NCBI RefSeq assembly: GCF_009914755.1
Contig: NC_060933.1
Strand: one strand, 5' to 3'
Length of the DNA: 64,000 nucleotides
Source of the DNA: the human T2T-CHM13v2.0 reference genome, Homo sapiens
Shown: one piece after another, positions 47,072 through 61,185 of the stretch
How positions within the stretch are numbered: position 1 is the first letter of the stretch
Layout of the letters: each line of letters starts with the position of its first letter
Position numbers and translations under genes: made by a program
Notes under the pieces: model-generated
The model's input: only the letters and a program-made list of their open reading frames with translations
Told to the model about the DNA's origin: nothing
The model's database searches: none

Positions 47072-48100
47072 TGAACAAATGTAAAATCATCTTAATAAAA
47101 GTTATGTAGTATTTACTACTCTCTGCGAAGAAAAATGCAGTAATCTATAGAGTTTGTTACCATCTGACATATGTACATATATTTAGTACACTATGGAATT
47201 GGGAGAAGATACTAGCCCTCAAAGACATATAAGAGTTATTTCACACTGTAATATTAAATATCAAATGATGAATCTGGTTTTTCCTAAGCAAATGTGAATC
47301 AAACCACCTAGAGAAGATAACGAAAACATTAAACATAATGATGTTGAGAAATAAGAGCGTATGGAATAAAGTCATGGGTAATTGCTTTAGACTGGGAGCT
47401 TTGCAGTCTTTTTAAACTAAAAATTAGCAAACGAGTACCCATGCGAGAAAACTTTGTAATCATGGGATACCTTCTAGAGGGCCTAGAGCACGTGAATAAA
47501 TCAAACACCGAGATTGAAACAATGTGATCATAATTCACCACAGAATCCATAAATCTAACTTAGCAAGTTGGGGCTAGAAAATGAAAAGGGGAAAAAGCAC
47601 CATGATACATGTGGGTGAGAATATAACCTCCATTGCCTCTTAGGATGTCCCCAGATAATAAGGGCCTTCAAAAAGCAAAAACAAAAAATACTCTCTTGCC
47701 CTCTTAATATACATTATTGTGATTATGGATAATTTCAGTGGGAAAAAAATCCCAAAACATGACCTAAAGGTTCTAGTCATTTTCTACTGGTGCATATAGA
47801 TAAAAAATCAAGGACAATAGCTAATCAAGATGACATGAATTTCTTGTCTGTAGTATATCTGGATATGGTAAGCCTGGAGTGCAGCCTTGTGTTAACATTT
47901 CCCAGTACTTTTCAGAGCAAATTAGCAATAATATCCTTAGTAATTAACCCAGTTAAGGAATGATTATTCAAGTTTGGAGATGAAATCTCTCTTAGTGCAT
48001 AAAATTTGAAAAATCTATTTTTTTACACAATTAATATTAGTTAGATGATTTTGCAATGCATTTGTACTTGTAGTTGATGAATGAGGTTGATGAATAAGAA

Positions 48101-48254
48101 TATCTGACAATATTTCCATTTCCATTTTATTTCTGAAGGAAATTTTCACTGGATATAAAGTTTGTGGTTAACAGTTCTTACCACCCCACCCCAACCCTCA
48201 GTATTCAAAAATGTCATTCCATTTGTTTCTGATCTCAATAGATCTCAGTGAGAA
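48101..48254 (+). repeat. Direct duplicate of 53902-54055 flanked by 18-bp direct repeats
   Basis: Manual alignment: 4 substitutions in 154 bp; gttgatgaataagaatat at 48086-48103 and 48259-48276. Confidence 0.96.
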
Positions 48255-48599
48255 GTGAGTTGATGAATAAGAATATGGAAGTAAGGTTGTCCCATGGGAA
48301 TGAAATATAAAATCAAAACAATCAGAGGACAACTGTGCAAGGTGTACCTCAAGAATGACACTAAAGCCAGCTAAACATAGTAGCAATTTCACTTCAAGAT
48401 TTATGCTGGAAGGTCAATGGATGTTAACATTGAAAACATAAATAAGGAAGGGTTATAGAGACAAACTTCAAAATTGCCCATCAATAATTCTTCCAAATTT
48501 CTGTGCAAACATCCTGAGCAACTTTCAGATTCATTATAATTATGAGATGGACATATGTGGATATCATGTCTGATGTCATTAAACTTAACATACCAAATA

Positions 48600-48890
48600 G
48601 CCAGATTTGATCTGAAAACATGTTATATTTGGTATGTACAGTTTACAAAAATGGATTTTTCATATAAACCTGAGTTTTAGATTTATTTTTGAAATAAGAC
48701 CTGGCAACACTGGTACAGCATTTCTGCATGATATGTCACCAGTCTTAGGAGTATCTGCAGAGTGGCTGACTCCTTTAGATGGGTCATACACCCTACAGTT
48801 TGCCAGCCCCCAGCATTCATACATAAGGCCACTTTCATTAATTCACATTGTCTGCTTGGCCCAGTGAACATTGAATTTCAAATCCTTTAA
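48600..48890 (+). mobile_element. MER102 (hAT-Charlie) DNA transposon remnant
   Basis: agacctggcaacactgg...cctttagatggg...ctgcttggcccagtgaacattgaattt. Confidence 0.7.
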
Positions 48891-49452
48891 ACCAATCTAA
48901 AACTTAGGAGGCTTTTGTATCAGCAAATATTTCATTTTAAGTATTGATAATTCAGGTCCATACTGAATAGCCATTGTCAATAATATTTCTGTGGACCGGT
49001 AAGTAATTTATGAGAATGTTGTGTGTTCAAACATAGGCTCACTTAAATGCAAAGTTTAATCTTTATGATAACTTAAGGATGTTGAAAGTGTTAAATAGTT
49101 GACAAACAATAATTCTAAGTAATTTCTCTTTCAGTAACTTCCTACTTTGTATATCATGGTCTTTCACTGTAATAGATGTGTTTAACAAGTAAAGAAGTTA
49201 CGTGTCAAGAGAAACGATTTTTTTGTTTTCTTTAAAATCAGAACAGATTTTTATAGACAATCCCATGAAAAGTTGATTTTGATTAAATAGGCTTTGAAAG
49301 CCTTCAAAAAAGACATCATCCATAATGGAGATTTATTAGGAAATGTCTCAATTTATTGAAAAAAGTTAAGACTAAATAGTGAAGGAAATAGTATCATAAT
49401 GTAGTGAATAGGGACTAAATCATCACTTTGTTTCTCTTTTCATAATAAAGTC

Positions 49453-50078
<626 letters not shown>

Positions 50079-51085
50079 AATAATTCTGATTCTTAGTCCT
50101 CATAATATAATCACTTATTTGCAGGAAAGGCTCTTTATAGACTTTGCCACTTTTATTATTTTTTTTTTTACATAGGTAGAAGTGAGGTGAAAATGTAGAT
50201 TGAGTTTTATGGCAACTATATTCAGCTATCAACCAATTCATTAAAGTGGCTCAGCAAGTTGAACCACATCATTCTGCCATTAAACACACATATATTATGT
50301 TCTTTCAATTCTACGGTGGAGCTAAGGTCTAAATTCTCATATAGATTATATCTAATAGCTCTAAAGATTCATACTACCTTGGATTCCAAAACTGACAGAA
50401 GTAAACATACAGTTCTATCCCGTATATCACAGTTTTGTCTTAGAAGAATGGCTAAAAGTGTAACAGAACAAAATGTGACCACATAAATATATCAGCAATT
50501 CTAAAAGAAACTCATGTGCATCATAACTTGAATCTAAAAGGTTCATTCAATTTATATCTGAAATATTTCTGTTAGAAATTATTATTAAAGATAGCTTTCT
50601 AGGGAAAATAGTTTGATCTCATAAGGTATTAACTAGCTTATTTTTAAGTTTGTATTTAAAATGATACCACATAGTATTTAACTATGATCAATCTTCAAGC
50701 ATACTCCACAGTTGATATATTCCATCATTTGAAACCTCATCCAATATCTATTGCTGAGTAAGCCAATCATGCAGCTCAATTCTCGCAACCACCTTCCATA
50801 GAATTTTGCCGTGTTCAAGGGAGCCGCCATGTTGTATAACACATTACCCTGCTGCCTTGGCTTGAGTGATTCCACCTGGGGGAAGGCACCTGGCTCAAGA
50901 GTCACCAATCTATATAGCTTGAACAAAATTCAACAGCAAGTGAGGTGACCTAGAACAAGATCATTTCCCAAAAAAAAGCTGATGATGCTAAAATTGTCCA
51001 ATAGGATTATCTTCCTGGAATGTGAACATAAAATAGAAATAGAGCCAGAGAACTACTAGCTAATGAAAAATAGAAAAGATACATA

Positions 51086-51741
<656 letters not shown>

Positions 51742-51954
51742 AAGAGTAGATTTAACTAACTTCTTTGTACTGGTTTCTTCTGTAAAACAAAAAAAAAAAG
51801 GATTTATTAAAAATAATGCCTGCTTTATAGATCTGTTTTGATAATGAGATAGTACTTATAAAGCTCTTATAAAAGAGTCCGGCATATTATAGGTCCTCAT
51901 ACAAGTTAAATGCTGCTCACATCACACTATATTATCATTTTTTTAAATTTTCTG

Positions 51955-52095
51955 TTTCTACCACTAGGCCATGAGCTTCCTGAGGACAGAGAATGTTTTA
52001 TTCATTTTTGTATCTTCATTTACTAGAACAGGACCTACCACGTGCCTAGCACAGTGCAGGTATTTCAGTAAATGTTAATCAGATAAGCGGAATAA
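51955..52095 (+). mobile_element. L2 3' end (preceded by a MIR remnant ~51780-51915)
   Basis: ccactaggccatgagcttcctgaggacagaga...gtgcctagcacagtgcaggtatttcagtaaatgtt. Confidence 0.7.
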
Positions 52096-52489
52096 AGATT
52101 TTTTTCTCCTTCACCCATCTTTCTCACTTTTTCTTTCACACTCACCATTTCCTTTATTGTGTCTGAGGACCTTAGGAAAACTGGTGTCTTCCAGCAACAA
52201 ATTGAGATTTAGTGCATTTTTAGATGTTACTAGAATCAACTTGACTCTGACTTATTTTCTATACCAAAAGTTACTTATATTTTGAGTAGGCCCAATCTGA
52301 TCTCACAATTAATGTAATTGAGTCATCTATATACCCAGAATAAAGTATGATGGACAGAAAGTCTATGTAAGCAAGGTGTAGCATTAAAGAGAAGGGGAAG
52401 AATAACTACTTATCAGATCACCAGTAAGTATTTGTTAAAACAAAAAAATTTCATAATTTTATACTAGGAATACCTTTAGAGTTTATGTA

Positions 52490-52635
52490 GTTCATAACTT
52501 TAGCTTTATAGATTAGGAAACTGAGATTCAGATAGGATAAATAACATACAGTACATCAGCTTAGTACTGACAAAATCTGGGACTTAAATACGTAACTCCT
52601 ATAATTGTCCTTCCACTACACCACACTGCATAGCA
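52490..52635 (-). mobile_element. MIR
   Basis: tttatagattaggaaactgagattcagatagg. Confidence 0.7.
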
Positions 52636-53499
52636 TTAAATCATGCATGTTCATAATGTTAACTAACATAGGATATTTATACTATTTTAATAGTAAGACA
52701 AAGTGGAGACTCATGGCATTAGACTTAACTTTACTAGAAGTAAGCAGCTGTCTAGTATATCCTTTGGGAGAAAACAATCCTGGCAGAAACGACGTTTTCT
52801 TCATCATTGTCTATAAATGTACCAAATTATTAATGAATATTACAGATGCCAATCAAACTGAAAAAATGATAGGTTATAGTGCTATCATTTATTTGATTTT
52901 TACATATTGTTAGAGACAACCTTTACAGAGGAACATATAATAATTAGGGCAGTTGTCAGAATGCCTAAATGTCACTATAAAATAAACTAGCAATCGAAAC
53001 CCCTTGGGACAATGTTGATATGTCACCAGTTCTCCTGGGAAAGGAGACTTTTGAAACACCATTTTACAAAATGTAACCAATGTTGCAGGTTAATAGAATC
53101 AATAGATTTCACGTATAAAGCTAAGATTAATGGGCTGGGCAAAAATCCAAGCTATACTGGGAATTAACAAGTAACTAAATTTGGGGAATAATACGGATAA
53201 GAATGGATTATGTCAGTAAAGGGTCAAAATCATAGTTAAATAGATTGCCTAAAATGCTTCCCTTTATTTTCTTCCTCCTCTGATTTCTTTTTGGTCATTT
53301 GCCCTTTTTCCTTTTTCTTTTCTTTCTTTCTTTGTCTTTATTTTTCATTAAAAAAATCCCAAACATTATATAACTGCTTGTGGTGCTTTATGAACTCTGC
53401 GTCCCTTCTCTTTCTGTATTTCACAATCAACCCTACAAGAAGATCATTAGTCTTATACAAGAAAAAAATGTTTCTTTTAATCATTTTTATTATTTTTCT

Positions 53500-55245
53500 T
53501 AGTGGTTCTTTGCAGTATTACAACATAAGTAACACATACTTTTAAAAAGTCTACTTGTGTCAATTTCTTACCAGTTTGAGTGAAGTGGAGAAGCCTTACT
53601 TCCATTTAGGTCTCTTTGCACTCCCCATTTTTTAAAATACTTAAGTATTTAGTTCACGTGCATTGACCACAGCATCAGAATGGGCTGTAATTCTTGCATC
53701 AACCATCAAATTTGGGTTAAATAACTCATGAGATGAAGGGAAATCTGTTATATTATATTTACTGCTATGTTTAGTCATTCTCATGTACTTTCTTTTCTAA
53801 AGTCCCAAGCCTTCTTGTGTTATAAGTTCCTTTCTATTGAGAGAACTTTCTTTATTCCTTATGGATAGGTCGGCTAGTGGCACATTCTCTTAGTTTTCCT
53901 TTATCTGAGAATATTTCCATTTCCATTTTATTTCTGAAGGAAATTTTCACTGGATATAAAGTTTGTGGTTAACAGTTCTCACCACCCCAACCCAACCCTC
54001 AGTATTCAAAAATGTCATTCCATTTGTTTCTGATCTCAGTAGATCTCAGTGAGAAATCTGTTGTTATTTGAATTGTCCCTCAGCAAGGCTTTTCTCTTTG
54101 ACTGCACTCAAGACTTTTTTTCTGTCTTTCATTATTAAAATTTCAATTATTGTGTGTATTGGTATAGATTTCTTTAGATTTGTCTTACTTGATGCACAAT
54201 TAGCTCCTGGGATTTTGAGGTTTATGTCTTAATGTGAGCTTTGTATTGGTGCTGTAACAAACTATCACAAACCAAGTAGCTTAAAGGAAAACAAATTGAT
54301 TATCTTACAGTTTTTTTTATTAGAAATCTGATATAGGTGTCAATTGGGCAACAATTAAAGTGTCAGCAAGTCTGTGTTCCTTTCTGGAAGCTGGAGGGAA
54401 GAATCCATTTTCTTGCCTTTTCTAGCTTCTAGAGACTGTCGATATTCCATGACTTATGACTTATTTTATTTGTCTTCCAAGCCAACAGTTTTGCGTTTCT
54501 CTGAGCATTCTTCTATAGTCAAATCTACCTATGACTCTGAACTCAGCTAGGAAACAGCCTCTGATTTTAAAGATCCATGATATTTGATTCATCCCACTTG
54601 GATAATCCAAGATTTTTTTTATCCCAAGGTTGTAAAGGTATCTGCACAGTCCCTTTTGCTATGTTAGATAATATGGAAAGAACACAGTGTTCAGGGGCAT
54701 GGGCATTTACAGTGGGGTGCAGGCATTTTTCTGCCTACCAAGTGTCTTTTTGCCAAGTTTAGATAGTTTTCAGCCATTATTTCTTTAAATACTTTTTTAG
54801 TAATACTCTATCCTCTCCTTCTTCAACTCCAATGACACAAATGTTTGCTTTTATTATTTTCCCAAAGAACTCTGACATTTGTTTTCTTTAGCCTATTTCT
54901 CTCTGTTGTTCGGATCAAGCATATTGTATTGATCATTCCTCACATTCACTGATTCTATCATCTGTTATCTCCATTCTACTATTGAGTCAATCCAGTGAGG
55001 TTTTATTTTTGGCATTGCAGTTTTCAGGTCTATAATTACCATTTGGTTCTTTTTAGAAATTCTGTTTTTTCTCAAATTTTCTTTTTTTTCAATTGCAAAA
55101 GAATTTTTAACTTTTTTAAAAATCATTTTTATGATGGCTGCTTCAAAAACTGTATCAAGTAACTACAACATCTGATTTATCTTGGCATTAATGTCTGTTG
55201 ATTGTCTTCTCTCATTCAAGTTGGGATTGTTTCCTGGACATATTA
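53500..55245 (-). mobile_element. Ancient L1M ORF1/5' region, antisense
   Basis: T-rich; ctgaaggaaattttcactggatata, cagccattatttctttaaatact, ccattctactattgagtcaatccagtgag. Confidence 0.8.
54230..54742 (-). mobile_element. MLT1D LTR inside the L1M
   Basis: gctgtaacaaactatcacaaac, gaatccattttcttgccttttctagcttctagag; TSD tgtct at 54225-54229 and 54743-54747. Confidence 0.85.
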
Positions 55246-55279
55246 GATATTATACTATGAGATTCTGGATATAAAACAA

Positions 55280-55775
55280 ATAAAAATATATATGTACAAA
55301 AATGACTTGTACAAGAAGGTTTATAGCAATATTATTGTAATAGTATAAAAACTAAAACCAAAAATGTTTTCCTATCAAATATGGATAATAAAACTTGTTA
55401 TATTCCTACAATGGTAAACATATTTAGCAATAAATAGAAATGAATTATAGGTACATCCTGTAATATAAATGCATCTCAAAATATTACATTGAGTTCAAGA
55501 AGGCACAGAAGAGAACACAGTGTATGATTCCATTTACGTGAAATTCAAGGACAAGATAAACTAATATATGGCAATAGAAACCAGAAACATGGTTGGTGAT
55601 AGGAGTAAGCATAACTAAAATGGACACAAAGGATCTTTCCAGAGTGTTGAGAATGTTCTGTGTCTTGATTGAGATGTCAATTGCCTAGGTGTACATATTT
55701 ATCCAAAATAATTGAATTGTATACTGAAGTTCTGTGCATTTTACTGCATTTAAATTTTCTATCAATTAAAGGAAA
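55280..55775 (+). mobile_element. L1ME 3' end
   Basis: gtgtatgattccatttacgtgaaattcaaggacaagataaactaatatatgg. Confidence 0.75.
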
Positions 55776-56763
55776 CTGAAAACATAAATAAAAGTAAATA
55801 AATAATGGATGTATTAAGGAAATGAATTAATTTTGAAAAATTCTTGTTTGAAAAATTCTTTTTTAAAAAATTCTTTGTAATCCAATAAAACATCCTATGA
55901 AGCATAAATCTCTCCTTTTTTAGAATGGAGATTTTTATGCCTTTAACATGAGAAATCTAACAGGCAAGCAAATAACACGATGCTGTGTCTCAGCCTCAAA
56001 CTCCCGACCACTGCCTCCCATTTCCACATATCCCAGGTTTTTCTATATCTTCTTTAATAAACCCATAAAATGGTATCTTAGATACATAAAACTTATTGCA
56101 TTTTGTAGGCAAAGGCAATGTAAGCTCATTTTGATGAATAAATTAAAAATTCTATGTAATCAATTCATGATATTAGGATAGATACAAATAGTCAACTAAA
56201 AGCAGCAGGGTTGCCTTTAATCAAATTTCAGTTTGTTGTAACATACTTAAATCATTCTGAGTAAAGAATTACACTCATATGTACAAAGGATAAATATGTC
56301 AACAAAAAGCGAAAAAAAAAAAGGTATGATTTATTTCACCATAGTTTTCTCACTGAACTGCTGTTTCTTTCTGCCTGGGCATACAGTATTGACCAGAAGT
56401 ATAACTAGAAGCACATCAAGGTGTTAATTTACCGTCAGTCCACCAAAAGAATTTCTTTGATATCCTGACTGATTGTAGCTCTGTTCTATGATGTAGTCTT
56501 TGTTGACCAAGCTGGAGATCAAAAGGTACATTTCATGCCCTCTACATATTCACATAGTAGCTTTTTCTCTGGGATAGTAACCTCAAACATTATCATTTAT
56601 TGTTTATCCTATACAGTTTCAACAAATAAATTGCTTTGCTCCACAGGGGAAATAGAACATTTAAAATAAAAACATTATGGGCAGTATTCCACAATGTAAT
56701 TGCAATAGTAGTTTGTAATAGTAAATTCTGTGTAAAGCCAATTACTATAATAAATCTAGATAG

Positions 56764-57092
<329 letters not shown>

Positions 57093-57540
57093 CTAGATAT
57101 TGACAATATTATTGCTGTCATAATTACAGAATTGATGGGTAAAAGGTATTTTAAGTTATCTAAAATATCCTTGTACAAATAAAAGCTGTTCAAATTTCTA
57201 TGCTGCTAGGTTCTTATGCCAAAGCTCACCAGTCTTTACATGAATATACATTTTGTTTTGATGATATTTTTTCAGTAGGGATGACAGTTTACTTCATTTA
57301 CAAGATCAGGTACACAAATGGCCATCATTGAGAAAGCTTATATTGCAGAGGAAGCTAAAAAATACTTCGTTACAATTCAAAACAGACCACTAAAGAAGAG
57401 AGAAAAGGAAAGAAATCTAGACGTTGATCCCCATTCTGTCTGGATAGAAAGCTTGCAGTAAAAGATGTGATCTGATTCTCCCTGAAAGCACATTTTACAT
57501 GAATCCTGTGAGTATCTGACTCACTGAACATGTTACCTTT

Positions 57541-58085
57541 TGCGATGGTTAATTTTAGATGTCAACTTGACTGGATAAAGGAATATCTAGAGATCTGGAA
57601 AACCATTACTTTTGGCTGTGTCTATAAAGGTGTTTCCAAAAAAGATTGGCAGGTGCATCAATGGACTGAGTAAGGAAGATCTGCCCTCAATCTGGGCAGG
57701 CACCATCCAATCAGGTTGGAGGCCCCAAAAGAACAAGAGAGAGAGAAATATTTTTCTCTCTGTCCTGGAGCTAGGACACTCTCCTCCTCCTGCTCTTGAA
57801 CATCAAAACTCCAGATTCTCTGGCCTTGGAATGCCAGGACTTACACTCATGCCCTCCTACCTGGTTCTCAGGTCTTTGGCCTAAGACACCACCAGCTTCC
57901 CTGGTTATGAAGCTCTCAAACTTGTACTGAGCCATGCTACCAGCATCCCAGGGTCTCCAGCTTGCAGATGGCTTGTCATGAGACTTTTCAGCCTCTGTAA
58001 TTGCAAAAGCCAATCTCCTAATAATCCTCTCTAATATATCTATATTATATTAGTTCTGTTTTTCTGGAGAACCCTGACTGACACA
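57541..58085 (+). mobile_element. MLT2B-type (ERVL) solo LTR
   Basis: tgcgatggttaattttagatgtcaacttgactgg ... ctggagaaccctgactgacaca; TSD ccttt/cctgt. Confidence 0.88.
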
Positions 58086-58770
58086 CCTGTCTTAAGGCAA
58101 AGAATATTTTGTGGGCCCTGGAATTGTGTCAAATGTACTGTGTACTGATAATGTACCATTTTTATGGAAATCACCAGAACCAAACGGTTATTCAGAGATC
58201 AGGTGACCTTGATAAGAGCCATTCTCTTGGTCTGAAGCTATACCATGTTCCAGGTATAGTTCTACTGCTCTGGATGTGGAGCTCAGTCCTAGAATCAGAG
58301 AAATAAATATTGAAATAATAATAGGATGGTTTATTGTTGGAGTTTTAGCACCTTCAATGCTGTCTCTACTATGTAACCATCAAAGAGGGCCACTATAGGC
58401 TTGAATGATGAGAAGTGCATTGATGTTGAAGAAGAAAAGTGTTCATTCTGCCTATTTGGCTTGAAGAAGAATTTTTTTTTTATCATTTTCTAATCCTGAC
58501 ACAAAACAATAATTAATATAATTACTGTTTATTGTACAAAGTTGCTAAAGTCAAAGCATTTAATACATTACACATAGATAAACCATCAAATATGTACAAT
58601 TTGTATTTTAAAAACTTTTTTGAATGTCACTTATCAATAGGATATAACTAATTTCATTTATGTTTCAGCTGAAGAATTAGTACCTGAAAAGTACATTGAC
58701 ATTGCCGGTGGTAGTATGTCTGTGTTGGACCTATACCCAACCAAGACCTCCAAAATAAGGATGGCCCACT

Positions 58771-59349
58771 CTGTGATCAGGGTTCTTGAAACAGACAGAA
58801 CCAATAGGATATATGTGTATATAAAAGGGAATTTATTATGGAGAATTGGCTTACGTGATTACAGGGCAAAGTCACATGATAGGCCATCTGCAAGCTGGGG
58901 AAGAGAGAAGCCAGTAGTGGCTCAGTCCAAGTCTGAAAGCCTCAAAACCTGGGAAGCCTATAATACAACCTTCAGTCTGTGACTAAATGCCCAAGAGCCC
59001 CCTGGGAAGCTAGTGGTACAAGTCTCAGAGTCCAAAGGCTGAAGAACCTTGAGTATGATGTCCAAGGGCAGGAGTAGCATAAGCAAGCATCCAACATGAC
59101 AAGAAGAGAGCCAGAAAACTCAGCAAACAAAGCTATCCCATCTTCTTCCACCTGCTTTTCCAGCCACACTAGCAGCCAATTGGATGGTCCCCAATCACAC
59201 TGAGAATGGGTCTTCCTCTCCCACTCCACTGACTCAAATGTCAGTCTCCTCTGGCAACACCCTCACAGACACACCCAGAAACAACACTTTACCAGCCATC
59301 TAGGTATCCCTCAATCCAATCAAATTGGCACCTAATGTTAACCACCACA
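58771..59349 (-). mobile_element. MLT2B-type (ERVL) solo LTR
   Basis: cagaaccaatagga, ggcaacaccctcacagacacacccagaaacaa, end aaccaccaca. Confidence 0.88.
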
Positions 59350-59787
59350 CCAATAAAATAATATTTTCTAGGCACTTGGAAAAATATAACCCTAATTTCT
59401 TAGTTTCACTTTTCATTACCTGTTTTCTCATATTTATTTATTACCTATCAATTACCATAGAGCAGGCACTTGTATTTCTTACTACTATGCCATACTTAAA
59501 AGATTGCGGGCACGTATACACTCATTAAATACTTGTGTTAGGAAAAAATTGATAATACTCAATAAGCTCTGAAGACAAATGGTCTGTGGGTGACTGAGGA
59601 GATAAATAGATATCTACCTATTTAGATGTTGACAGCTCTTACCCATCTATAATTGCCTAGGTATAACTTGTTTGTATTATTATAAGTAATATAGCTTGCT
59701 CCTATTTCTTATTATGGGTTATGCTTTGGCCATCTCTGAAGATTTCTTAGTCCAGGAGGAAATTGCACTGATGGAGGTCATAACTGT

Positions 59788-60224
59788 CTATTAGTCAGGG
59801 TCCTTCAGAGAAACAGAACCAATAGGAAAGAGAGATTGAGAAAAAATGAAAGATTCTAAGAGAGAGATTATAAGGAATTGGCTCACATAGCATTCATACA
59901 GGAGGTTAAGAAATTCTAAGATCTGCAGTTGGCAAGGTGAAGATTCGAGAGAGCTGACTGTGTAAGTTCCAGTTTAAGTGCAAGGTCAATCAGTCAGGCA
60001 GCTGAAATACCCTCTTCTTAGGTCTTTTTTGTTCTATTTAGGTCTTCAATTGATTGGATGAGGGCAACTCCTATTTGAGAGGGCAATTTGCTTTGCTCAG
60101 TCTATGGATTCAAATGTTAATCTTATCCAAAAACACCCTTACAGGCATACCCAGAAAAATGTTTGACCAAATGTTTGGACACCCTATAGCCCAGTCAAGT
60201 TGACATATAAAATTACCCATCACA
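59788..60224 (-). mobile_element. MLT2D/C-type (ERVL) solo LTR
   Basis: tattagtcagggtccttcagagaaacagaaccaatagg ... gcccagtcaagttgacatataaaattacccatcaca. Confidence 0.87.
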
Positions 60225-61185
60225 CTATCCATTAAAGCCCTTTGACTGGTTTTATACAGAAGTCTATAGTGAGATGGTATTGTTTTCGAGTGGGTTCCAC
60301 TTTCTGAGGTATCTCCAGCTTCTTTCACTATAAGTCTGATTTGTCTGGGCAAGCAGGATGAGAATAAATACTTCAACTATAGTAAATTTTACAAGTTAAT
60401 GCCTTCCTGTGGAATAACTGGGGACAACCAGCTGATCCTCTTTGGCAATAATCTTCATGTATAGTATTATAATGGTTGTAGTGAGCTATTAAAGCTTTAA
60501 GAAAGTCAATTGTTTTTAAGTAAATTTGCTATAAGTCTAGTAAAAATAATTTAAAATCTTTATATTTTTGCTAATATAAAAATATATTAGCAAATATATA
60601 TATGCTATTAATATATGTTATAATACATTTATATAATTATATATAAGCAAATATAATGACTGAACAGCGTTCCATATATAATATCACATATTATAAAATT
60701 ATATATTATTTCAGAAAATGTTATAATAATGGAACACAGTTCTCCAGAGAAACAGACCAACATGTAAAAATCAAGGTAGTTCTTTGTTGCTACAGCACAG
60801 AATGTGATGGAGAGAGGAAGCAGATGTGGCTACAATGGCCAGTTCAAGAAGAATCTTGTAGGAACTAAAAATCTAAACTCTTAGACAGAAATGTAAGAGT
60901 AAATCTTCATGACCAAAAAAAAAACCCACACCTTTGCAGTCACTCCTCCTTCCTCTCTTCCCACAGCATCTGGCCCTAATCACTAATCTACTTCTGTCCC
61001 TATAGTTTTGTTTATCCATTCATTCCTGTGCATTGGGATTGCTTTTTCTTTTTGGTGATTATGAATAATGCCCCTATGAACATTTGTGCGCAAGTTTTCA
61101 TGTGGACATACATATTTTTAATTCTCATGGGTGTATACAGGAGAAGCGAAATTACTAGATCATATAGTAACTTGTTTAACATTTT

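Noticed and set aside
58771-60224. Two same-strand MLT2 LTRs as a collapsed provirus
   Set aside because: They differ in subfamily-type sequence, and the spacer shows no PBS or ERVL internal motifs
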